The position numbers and the translations under genes were made by a program. A stretch of DNA of 56,498 nt, the filler included, from Piptocephalis cylindrospora (taxonomy: Eukaryota), in assembly GCA_003614145.1 (NCBI GenBank). It is 2 parts of 2 records of this genome, joined end to end, with 100 filler letters (N's around TTAATTAATTAA, not from the genome) between each part and the next. Parts side by side here need not be neighbours in the genome. Positions count along the whole stretch, not along the records: positions 28,312 to 56,498 come from KZ987763.1; 1 more part is not named here. One strand, given 5' to 3'. This document shows, piece after piece, positions 47,189 through 56,498 of this stretch. The notes under the pieces are model-generated. The model was not told the DNA's origin, searched no databases, and saw only the letters and a program-made list of their open reading frames with translations. Positions within the stretch are counted from its first letter, which is position 1. Each line of letters starts with the position of its first letter.

Positions 47189-47551
47189 CTATAGCTTGTT
47201 GAGTCGTTCTGCCTTGATGTAATCCACCTCCTCCTGTTGCTCATGCTGGTTCATGTTCCCACTGTACAGGTCTTCGCCGAACCGGGTTGTTTGACGGACA
47301 TTCACTCCGGTCAGGCCCGTGCTAGAATAGGTCATGGAGGCTGGACGCATGGTGGAGGTGGCGGACAACCGTTGAGGCGGATCATAAGGGCCAGCGGCGG
47401 TTCGATCAGCCTGTGGCTGACCACGCGGGGGCAGGGAGGGCTGGCCATGATAGTCTGCAATGTTTGCCCCGCTCAGGTTATCCTTAAAGTCGTTTTGAGC
47501 ATCATTACCCCGGGAGGCGGAGGAGTTGACTGGACGACGAGGGTGATTCAT
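47189..47551 (-). CDS. Small hydrophilic disordered protein (120 aa)
   Basis: ACCATG context, TATAAATA at 47660-47667 and coding-like codon usage; no family recognised. Confidence 0.6.
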   Translation of the reverse strand: MNHPRRPVNSSASRGNDAQNDFKDNLSGANIADYHGQPSLPPRGQPQADRTAAGPYDPPQRLSATSTMRPASMTYSSTGLTGVNVRQTTRFGEDLYSGNMNQHEQQEEVDYIKAERLNKL

Positions 47552-48198
47552 GGTAGTTTGAATGTGAATGGTGTTGGATGAAGAGCTAGATACAATGGAA
47601 AGTATAAATGATAGAGAGGGACCGGAGGGATATACAAAAATTGGAAGGGTGAAAGTAACTATTTATAATGACAAGGCGTTGAGCATGGAATAGGACGTGG
47701 AGGGAGGGGGGGACGGTTTCTCGAATGAGAGAAAACTACATGACGCAAAGTGGCTTTAAGAGCAGCCGCCCCCATACGGGGTAATGTCTCCTAAACGGGT
47801 TTGTGATGCAAATATGAATATAGAGGAACATGTACAATTGACTATGACCCAATGAGCTCATACAGTGTCATTTTATCCTGTGGGGCTGGCAGTGGTGTAT
47901 TCTGCAGGACACCAAGGATCTCGGCCAGAGCTGAGACATTCACGTATGTTCTCGTAAGCCTGGGCTATGTATGGTATGGACTCGCACACGCTATAGATTC
48001 TCATACATTGAGTAAGACCTCATGATGATGATGCTGTTCTGGGACACAAACGTATCTACACGTACTATTGGTGTAGAGAACGGATGTTTGAGGCAAGATA
48101 TGATCGAATAGCTCGGTATAGTCCCTTTTGCCCCGACACTATAGACTTATGTATTTGATTTCTACAGAGGATGAAGCAGCACACCCCCCACTCATCCT

Positions 48199-48864
48199 CT
48201 AGATAGCCGTTGGAATGGAGTAGATAGGGTATAGCAGGGTGATACCAAAGGGAAGTACGCCAATGGTGTAGTAAAGGGTAACCATGGGCGCATAGCCTCG
48301 ATAGAGACACAAAGCCAGAGTCAGGGTTGCTTCGGCCAAATGAACGGTCCCACCGATGGTGAGGACACGGCTGGCAAAGCTTGTGTAGGAATGGGAGAAG
48401 AAGAGGAGGAAAAGAAGTACGATTTCCACGATGAGAAGAGGCAAGCCCTGGGAGGGAGCGGGCCTCAACAGTGGGACTGGGGTGGGAGGGGAGCCAGCTT
48501 GACCCATATGTTGGCCAGCTTCTACCTGTAGGGCCTTTAGCTGGTGTCGAACGTCCTCTAGAGTCCTTGCGGGTTCCCGGTACAGCAGGTGACACTCTTC
48601 TTCCTTGGCTGATGAAATAGAACCCTTTCCCCCCCGGCACTGTAGGGTCAGGCCTTCTGCGTCAACAGCCGAGACAACGACAGAGTGTGGAGGATCTCGG
48701 ACGCCCGTTCCTAGGCAGGCAAGTTGCAACCGATGCTGCCGGTATTCGGGGGAGTTGAGCGTGGCCTGGAGCGACTCTAGCTCTCGCTGCACCCTCGGAT
48801 CTACTGTCTTCCCCTCCTGGGAGCGCCCAGATCTTGGACCTTGTCTTCGGATGCGAAAAGCCAT
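48199..48864 (-). CDS. DUF2470-like domain plus C-terminal TMEM254/DUF4499-like membrane segment
   Basis: VVVSAVDAEGLTL...TLEDVRHQLKAL..EA, followed by hydrophobic helices with HLAEATLTLALCLYRG...TLYYTIGVLPFG. Confidence 0.6.
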   Translation of the reverse strand: MAFRIRRQGPRSGRSQEGKTVDPRVQRELESLQATLNSPEYRQHRLQLACLGTGVRDPPHSVVVSAVDAEGLTLQCRGGKGSISSAKEEECHLLYREPARTLEDVRHQLKALQVEAGQHMGQAGSPPTPVPLLRPAPSQGLPLLIVEIVLLFLLFFSHSYTSFASRVLTIGGTVHLAEATLTLALCLYRGYAPMVTLYYTIGVLPFGITLLYPIYSIPTAI

Positions 48865-49714
48865 CTTGGAACAGTGCGTGGGTGGGGGAAGGATCAGGGG
48901 GAGGGAGAGTCAGGGTTTATTGGGGGAGAGGATGTAGTCGAGCGAGATGGAAAGGCATTTTCTGAACAACCCCTCTGGAGGCGTCACATTCTAAATGACC
49001 CCGATCTCCTCAAGAGCTTCTCCGCTCCTTCATAAGACAAAGATTTAGGGGGCTAGGATTGGAAAGACCATATCTGGTTTCCATCCCATTGAAGGAATGA
49101 AATGCCTGTAACACCGTTAAAACTACTCGAGACTTGCACAATGAATTCTTACGCCAGGATTATTACTAGTGCATAATCATGATAGAGGATAGGATATAAT
49201 GAAAAACATGGTTTGGGGATATTCCTTATAGACCCGAAACCTCCTCTTTCACCCATGCATGATATGTACTCCTCTTCATTATCTCCATGCTTAAAGACGG
49301 TGAAAGAGGTCTAAAGGGTGCTGGGCACGGATCATATACCCTGACAAACTATTCGTAATATGATCAGGCTCAGGGATAGACAGGAGCGCGCATGAATGCA
49401 TGTCAGACGCCAGCCATCCTCCCGCTTGACCAGTATGTGAAATCCAATAGTGCAACCTGCATGACACTTGTCTCTCCTTTCTAGCCTACCCTGGGCCTAC
49501 CCAGGTGTTTGTACCGCATTCTCGCGTCTAATCCGATGAAATCTCTCGTATTTCGCCATCGTAATCCCATTCTCGATATTGTCCTCGAATAACGCATCTA
49601 TAAAAGATGAGCCTTTAGGAAAAAGACCCAAATGAGCCTCTCCCCGTCTACACCATCAACCCTGTCCTTCACACCACCAAAACTGTCATCATTTCTGGTA
49701 ACCTCACAACCAAT

Positions 49715-50719
49715 ATGCATTTCCGTAAAAGTTCCAGCTCCTCTAGCAACAGTGCCCCCAAGCACGCTCGACGACCTTCAGATTTCCTCATGGATCAGCG
49801 TGCAGAGCATGAGGCAGCCGCTAGATCCGCCCCTTCTTTGGATCAGAACAGGCCTTCGGCCCTTGCGGGGAACAGCGCCAATGACCAGCAGCAATATGAT
49901 CCTATGGAATATGCCGAGTATGCCGGGAACGATCCATTGAACAACCGGTACTCCATGGCTTCCTCCAGTACAGCGGGATCCGGATCCTCCAATCTCTACC
50001 ATCAATCTGGGGGGAATATTGGATCCGTAGATGGAGCTTACGGGAAGACCCAGTCCTACGGAGCCTTTCCGACCACCACGGACACGGAACAGAATAATGA
50101 AACAGGATTTCCTGGGCTTGAGCGTCTTTCGCGAGATGGCGCCAATCGAACGGCCTTGGATATGGACCAAGATAACGACACGGGGTTTCCCGGCCTCACT
50201 CGTGATCATCAAAAACAACAGTCTAAGGGCGAACAGGCTGGCGCCTCCTATTATCCTCGGAATCGCGGGGATGGGACGAGTACACCCACTAGTAGAATTA
50301 GTGGTCCATATCACTCGCATCCCGAAGACTCTTTTCACGAGTATGATCAGTCCGGACAGGTTGGCAGCACTGAGTATTACAATCGGGAATTAGGCGGCTC
50401 TGGGTATGGTTATGGAGGGATGGGCCAACCTGGGGGAGTGGACGCGCATTCCCGGTCGGCTTATCGGGCTGCAGATATCAAACAAGCCCAGAAGGACATT
50501 AAGCGCGGACGTCGTCGATCCCGCCTGGGCCATCGCTTGCACATCCGTTCCGTGGAGGAAAAAGGAGATGAGATGCAGCAGAGAGGTCAGGCCATTGTAA
50601 AGGCTGCTGATGGTGGGTACACCAACGTAGATGCTGGTGGGTTCTCCTTTAATCCTGGGGACGCTGGGGATTTGAATCGTGTTTCTCAGGTTCGTCAGAG
50701 CCTAGGGAGCGGCAATTAG
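49715..50719 (+). CDS. Gly/Ser/Gln-rich hydrophilin-like protein (334 aa)
   Basis: Long intact ORF, TATAAAAG at 49599, internal repeat TGFPGL x2 and a C-terminal CsbD-like helix pair. Confidence 0.72.
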   Translation: MHFRKSSSSSSNSAPKHARRPSDFLMDQRAEHEAAARSAPSLDQNRPSALAGNSANDQQQYDPMEYAEYAGNDPLNNRYSMASSSTAGSGSSNLYHQSGGNIGSVDGAYGKTQSYGAFPTTTDTEQNNETGFPGLERLSRDGANRTALDMDQDNDTGFPGLTRDHQKQQSKGEQAGASYYPRNRGDGTSTPTSRISGPYHSHPEDSFHEYDQSGQVGSTEYYNRELGGSGYGYGGMGQPGGVDAHSRSAYRAADIKQAQKDIKRGRRRSRLGHRLHIRSVEEKGDEMQQRGQAIVKAADGGYTNVDAGGFSFNPGDAGDLNRVSQVRQSLGSGN

Positions 50720-51371
50720 GAAGCAGCGATCAGGGTGATTCTTTAAGGGGTATGTGTTATGCGTTATTGTGTGGGGGCTACTAGTTGATTGCTATCGAGA
50801 GGGAAAGTGGCATCTGTGAAATGTATCTCACCCGTAACCATCATCATCTGTCGCATTCTCGATTTGCTGTGATCATCATTCATACGTGCGTCTGACGTTA
50901 TGTGTGAAGAAAAGGTGTGTGTATCGTAGTAGTAGTTGTAATAAGATAAGCAGCGGAATGTAGGTGTGTGTATCGTTCAGAGTTGAAAATGGAACATTTT
51001 ATCAAATAGTCATATCAAATACACAATTGTTGCAATCATCTTCAAAAGGCGACAAGGTGTGTGGCCAGTGCATGGGGGAAATGAGCACCCCTCTGTCTTT
51101 CTTTGGCAAGTGTTGCTGCGGTCAGTGGGCTGTCCCAGCGGAGTGCGCCCTGTGCAGATCATCACTTCTGGCGCTTTATTCGTCCGGCGGGCTTTTAACC
51201 GTGCTGGGACATCATGGACGAGGAATGCACCAATAGCACCATGAGACTGTTGTCATCCCATTGACCCAGGAGCATTTAAATACTCTATCCATGACACGGA
51301 CACAGACCCTTCGCCTCCCCTTCCCCCTTCCTCCCTTCTTTCTACCTAGTTCATTGAAACACCATTTAAGT

Positions 51372-51860
51372 ATGACCCAAGTTTCTACCAAAAGCTGGAG
51401 CAATTTCGCTCGTCGGTCCAAAGGCACATATACCCCGGCCAAGCCAAAACCTGCGGAGGGGATGGTTTTGATGATGTCGTCGGAGGATGAGGAGGGCGGG
51501 GATGAAAATGATGGAGAGGAAAAACCACTGCAAGCAGTGTCCATGTACGGGGATCAGCGGTCGTCCAAGAAAAGGGAAGACACCGACCGAGACCCCCCCT
51601 CCCCACGGGCCACCTCTCCGCGCAAGGCAAGGCTTCATATGACCATGGGGTCCATCAAGCGCGGAGTAGGGCAGATGGTCCATGCGGAGGGACTGGTAAG
51701 GTCTGGGGACAGGCTGCATACCGAGGGCAAGATGGGAATGAATGCATGGAAGAAGCGAGAGTGGCATTTAGAACAGGCCAACTCCCTGCGGGAAAAGGTC
51801 AAAGGCTTGCAGAAAGAGGCTGATGCTCATCAGCAAGCTGCCGAGAAGATCACTGGTTAG
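51372..51860 (+). CDS. Small charged protein with CsbD/Hmp1-like segment
   Basis: GSIKRGVGQMVHAEGLVRSGDRLHTEGK resembles the CsbD-type pattern; coiled-coil C-terminus. Confidence 0.55.
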   Translation: MTQVSTKSWSNFARRSKGTYTPAKPKPAEGMVLMMSSEDEEGGDENDGEEKPLQAVSMYGDQRSSKKREDTDRDPPSPRATSPRKARLHMTMGSIKRGVGQMVHAEGLVRSGDRLHTEGKMGMNAWKKREWHLEQANSLREKVKGLQKEADAHQQAAEKITG

Positions 51861-52038
51861 GGGGAATGACCTATGCCAGAGTACGGAATGAACCTGTGTG
51901 ATTGGGGATATACTCATCCTTTTTACCCTATCTTGTGCATTCGACATATGTATACTGAAAAGTCCATGATCTTGCAGAGTATGGGTGTCGGAAAAAGATC
52001 AGAAAACAAGATATGCATTGCATGCGTCACTTTTCTTC

Positions 52039-53649
52039 CTATCTCAATTGGCGTGATTTGGAGGAGGCTGGAGCTGGAAAACTACCAGGAACATGACCAT
52101 CGTCATCCTGATGGATGGGTAACGCCTTTTCTCCAAAAAGTGTACTACTCAATCTCTCCACAATCGAATTTGATGATTTGGGCATGAAGAGACGAAGCAA
52201 TAGAGAGACGGATTGACGACGGCAATCTACTCGCAGACGCATCAAAAGCACGCCTAGACGGTTCTTCCCTGATTCTGCGTTATTCCCTCCCCCATCTCCC
52301 CAGTAGGTGTCATTGGGAGTGTGTTCACGGATCAGGCAATTTCCAGTGGAGAGAAGAAGAACAAGAAGTCGTGGGTGTTGGGTAAACTTGGCCTTGAGAG
52401 CCTGGTACATCACTCGTTCCTTAATAGGCTCCCTATCTTCCTTAGATCCATGCTCCCAGTCTGGGCGAACCTGATTGAACATGGATCTTGCCATGTTAAA
52501 GGCTTCTCGTGGGCTCGCACATTGCTGAACCCTTCGTTGAAGGGTTTTATCTTGAAATTTGCTGGCCTGGACTGGTGAAGGGGGGAGCAAGGACTCAAGA
52601 TTTGAGTGTGACGAGGAGAAGTCTACAATCGAGAGCACCTTCATGGCTTACAGTAGTGCTCAGTCGTTGGCCACGTACGGTCTGCGATACAGACTGGGGA
52701 GGCGTAAAAGTTACAAAATTCATAAAAAGGTGCCTCGCGATGGTAAAAGTCAATGACTCTCCCCGATTGCTAAAGGAAAGTGGAAAGAGTGAAAATGAGC
52801 TTATGCAAGCATGCACGAATATACACACCCAACATACACGGATCAAATGATGAAGTAAGGCTCCCGGAAGATCCTCCCATCGATGAATCACTCGAATGAA
52901 CTTTTGTTCCGAGGCAAGCCCTCGTCGAAGGGATGGATGGCTAGGCCGAAGAAGCAGGATGATAGGCAGGGTGCCCTTGGGAAATTTGGGACGGATATCG
53001 TGGATGAGTTGAAAAGTAAACGAAGCTTGGTCATGCCGCCTTATGCGTTGACCATCAATTAGGAGGGCAACGTGCCTATGATATCTCCAGGCACTGCCAA
53101 TCGCGGATAAGCATTCTTCCCGCAAAGGTTCAATGCTCGTCAAATGGGCAATATTTTGAGCTTTACTGGGGATGCAAGGGCTTTTGCTGACCCAGAGGAT
53201 AGTCCAAGAGTCATTTAGACGTGGATGCCGTGGATGACGAGTATGACAGAAATCAAAGGGTCGTTGAAAGCAGCTAGAGTCGCAGCGACGTCTCTTCCTT
53301 GTAGAACGAGATTCATGCCTACGTATACCATCCCTGTAAGGGCCCATATTTGCTCGAGTTCGCTGAATCCTGGTTTGGAAAAGCACACGATTGGCAGTGA
53401 GCCTCCGTGACAAGCACCACCATCGCACTCTACCTCGCATCATCTCCATCCATTGACCATGTCCCTGACGAAAAAGGAGAGGAGGTTGAGTGGAAGGCAT
53501 CGAGAGCATAGCACGTAAATACAATTCCTACATACAAGGATGGGCGGCAAAGGGGAGGGGTGGAAGAGATTCTCAATGTAGTCATAGGGTTCTTGAGGAT
53601 CCCATTTTACACATGGTACCCAGCAGCCCAAGAGTTGTAACCACATCAT
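52039..53649 (-). CDS. NADAR (YbiA-like) domain protein with N-terminal extension; introns about 53535-53465, 52837-52770, 52651-52572
   Basis: Spliced VIDFYHREAPFYEFCNFYASP...WPTTEHYFQASKF...RPDWE...LKAKFTQHP.L...LLSTG...EHTPNDTYWGDG...GKNRLGVLLMRLR. The 5' exon is less certain. Confidence 0.82.
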
Positions 53650-54035
53650 GAAGAATGTCGTCTTTGGCGTAATCGACTCGACGGAGCAGCGACTGTCTTA
53701 GCGCAGTACGACGGAGAGACTCATGGGCAAGAGGCTTCCTGGGTCTTGGGGTTATTCTTTTTATATATAAAGGGCTACTGACTGTAACCTTGATGAACAC
53801 GCTGGCACTTAGAATTGGTCTTATTTCCACAGAAATAATAATAAGCTTTCCCCGTAAGCTCTTGAGAATCAAGCTCACTCAATCATCCTTGGAGGGGGAA
53901 ACGAACACAACACCTATATGCAACTGCTGCTTAGACTCACTCACTCGTTCTCTTTTCTCATTAATGAGGGATACGCTTCGCGATTTTGTCTGGGGGGATA
54001 AGCTCATCCTCCTCTCGAGGCCTCTACATTTCATA

Positions 54036-54311
54036 CTATACTCCTCGATGCTTCCGAAGGAAGGCTCCTAGCCTTCTCCACCGACCAGAGGGATGGGGGG
54101 AGAGCTGCTGCTTTGATGCTTTGGACGTCCTTTCAACGTCATCCTTACCTCGTGGCCTCCGTCTTCTAGGGGACACTAAGGTGACTTGGTCATCGACGAG
54201 TAGGGCATGCCCTTCCGGATCTAGTACAGTATCCTGGGATGTGTAATCTAAGTCAGTAAGGCGAGCGACCTGAGCAGGACCGACGACATCGGGATAGGGA
54301 ATGAGGATCAT
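54036..54311 (-). CDS. Hypothetical small protein (91 aa, MILIPYPDVV...)
   Basis: ACAATG context, CT-rich leader and CATAAATA about 110 nt upstream; no homology recognised. Confidence 0.35.
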   Translation of the reverse strand: MILIPYPDVVGPAQVARLTDLDYTSQDTVLDPEGHALLVDDQVTLVSPRRRRPRGKDDVERTSKASKQQLSPHPSGRWRRLGAFLRKHRGV

Positions 54312-55349
54312 TGTAATAAGCTTGGCTTGGGGTCTGCGGGTTGGGAGGGTTGGTGAGTAGAAACAGAGGATGGTTGACATGGAAAAATATGGAGCGCAAG
54401 AATCCATTCTTCAAGTATTTATGCAAAATAGGCCTGGCATGGAATGGCTGAATGATCGGGGGGTTTCTTCTAACCAGAAATGGCATTCTCCCTTCAAGGG
54501 CTGCATCATGATCAGCTGATCAAGATCTACAGTTGGTGATGTCATGGGGACCATGGAGCTGTGGGCGGGCTTTCGTGGGCCAATCCTGTAGGAGACCGTC
54601 CAAGGGCGCATTTTGTCACCTTGATCGTCTGCATTTATTTCTTCTCATCCTACTACAGACAGAGTCAAGAACCTTCTCCAGGCTGAGGCCCAAGAAAATC
54701 AGGCAATGCTTCTTTACGCTTTTTTACTTCGTGATTGCTTCTGAAGGGGTTTCATGAGTCATTGGTGTTTGGGAGTCTTCTTGTCTGAGCGATTTAGCTG
54801 GGATGGGTGCGTAGGAGGGGAGGATGCAAGCTCACATAGACGGCATAAGTAAAAAGAAGAGGGCATGCAGAGATATTCATATTGAACGAGTCGTTTTCTC
54901 GAAATATCTCCAAGTGGGTAAATCAATGGTCTTATTTCAATGCAATCCGTTCTTTCGGCATAGAACGGAGCATTAGACCAGCGCGCCTCAAGGGAGCACC
55001 CATCCGGTATAGCAGGTACTCGACTAATGAGCATGATCCAGTAAGGCCTATAGGTTTAAATGGGAACTCTATCACTTCCTCAGCCAATCATCCCTTTGAT
55101 TTATCTCCCGCCAGAAGCTGCGTCGCCTTTGTCGGAGTTTAAACAGACATGGTCGTTTCCGATCTACCTCAGCTTCAGGCCTCCTTATTCAAGTCCACTA
55201 TCACTGTTCAGGGTTCACTCTCACTCTTACTCCCTCTTCTTTTCCCATTTTCTTCCCTACTTTCCCCCCAACTCACCCCACCTTTGCCTCTTTGTTCGCC
55301 GGTCGACTTCCCTACCCTCCCCGTAACCTCTCAGCCTCTCAGCATAAAT

Positions 55350-55991
55350 ATGCACCTCCCTGCCCTACCCAGCCTCTTAGCCTTATCCAGCGTTTTTGCC
55401 GCTATCCTCGTCACCACTCCGTTTGGAGTCAATGCCCGGCATAAAATGATCCCGGTCAATCCCTGGTCGGTGAGCTCAGTGTGCTCTGGCAAGCCTGTGC
55501 TCGGCCTCTCCTACTCCACCACCACATTCCCCGAGCCTATTAGTAGCATCTTGGTCCTGTCCCAGTCCGCTACGGATGATCTGATGGCAGCCAGAAGGGC
55601 AAATAGTACCACACACGCTCCCGCAACCTCCTGTTTTAGCCTTGCCCTGGGCTGTGACCCGAATGGATCCTACACATGTAGCAATTCCATGCCTTCTGGC
55701 CAGTTGATGGAGCCGACCAAGCTATGTCTACTCTTTGCCAATGATCTTAACACCACCGCGGTCAACGTCAATGTTACTGTGGATTGGCTGACGGAGGAGA
55801 CCCAGACAACCCTCTATCATCCTCATCCCGATAGTGAGGAGTGCTTGGTTAAAGGGGTCGAAAAGTTTCCTCATCTGGCTTCTTGGTTACCCACGTCTTC
55901 TGGTGATATCTCTGTCCAGTCGAACTTATCTTCTCTTTCTAAAATCGCAGAGAGACCCGCCATTTCATCGACTGTCCTGAATGCCTCGTAG
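55350..55991 (+). CDS. Secreted Cys-containing glycoprotein of unknown function
   Basis: Signal peptide MHLPALPSLLALSSVFAAILVTTPFGVNA; 6 Cys; several N-x-S/T sites. Confidence 0.62.
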   Translation: MHLPALPSLLALSSVFAAILVTTPFGVNARHKMIPVNPWSVSSVCSGKPVLGLSYSTTTFPEPISSILVLSQSATDDLMAARRANSTTHAPATSCFSLALGCDPNGSYTCSNSMPSGQLMEPTKLCLLFANDLNTTAVNVNVTVDWLTEETQTTLYHPHPDSEECLVKGVEKFPHLASWLPTSSGDISVQSNLSSLSKIAERPAISSTVLNAS

Positions 55992-56498
55992 GCCGCGGCA
56001 CCTTTTTCTTTTTCCAATGCTGCCTAGTACCCTATTTCATTTGTCATTTCAATGATCCCAAGTGCTGCTTCATCCATGATTTTCTCTAATGACATTGATG
56101 GACCTATGATGCAAGAAGAAAGGCTTTACTTTAACTCGCAACCCCCATACTGGAGCACTGTTTCTTTTTATCCACCCATCGTGGACTGTTCGTGGTTGGT
56201 GGGTATCAAAGGGTTTTATGACGCTCTCCTTAACTCGTCAGGCGGCGAAGCCTTTCTCACGGATGGGAGCAAACTCTTCCATCCTCAATAAATCAAATGA
56301 GAGACCGATGATACTGTTGGGTAGCGCCTACTATGCACAGTGCTTATCATGACCCCGTCCCTCCCTTAACCATGCACTACAAAGGGCAAGGACACCCTTG
56401 AGCCCCATGCAACATTATCCTTATTCTACATGAGAACTTCAGCCCGATCCTTGTTCAAGTACTCCAAGTCTCCGCCCCTAGAATCACCTTGTCTTCTT

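Overview
Gene-dense eukaryotic DNA from a fungus, most likely an early-diverging lineage. This rests on short (about 55-110 nt) GT-AG introns, CT-rich 5' leaders and the gene content; a Zoopagomycota/Piptocephalis-like origin is my inference, not shown by the sequence. An artificial 100-nt spacer (N44-TTAATTAATTAA-N44, 28212-28311) splits the window, so linkage across it is unproven. Left part: prolyl oligopeptidase, TGL1-type lipase, a 7-kb island of small secreted proteins, two CCCH zinc-finger genes, centrin, an intron-rich HAUS5-like gene, a hypothetical gene and pirin. The island holds two divergent ricin-B-like paralogs and a tandem array of secreted peptides with an identical promoter and signal peptide but a variable mature region, plus a decayed third copy. 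Right part: AFI1/MesA (with an apparent +1 frameshift), HAUS6, EFL1/RIA1, an orphan secreted peptide ORF starting with ATA, a dimeric tRNA-Thr/tRNA-Ala, mitochondrial aspartate aminotransferase, UAP1, hydrophilin/CsbD-like genes, a DUF2470 membrane protein, a receiver-like-domain/NADAR fusion and a Cys-containing secreted protein. Exon boundaries and family calls were made by eye, without database searches.
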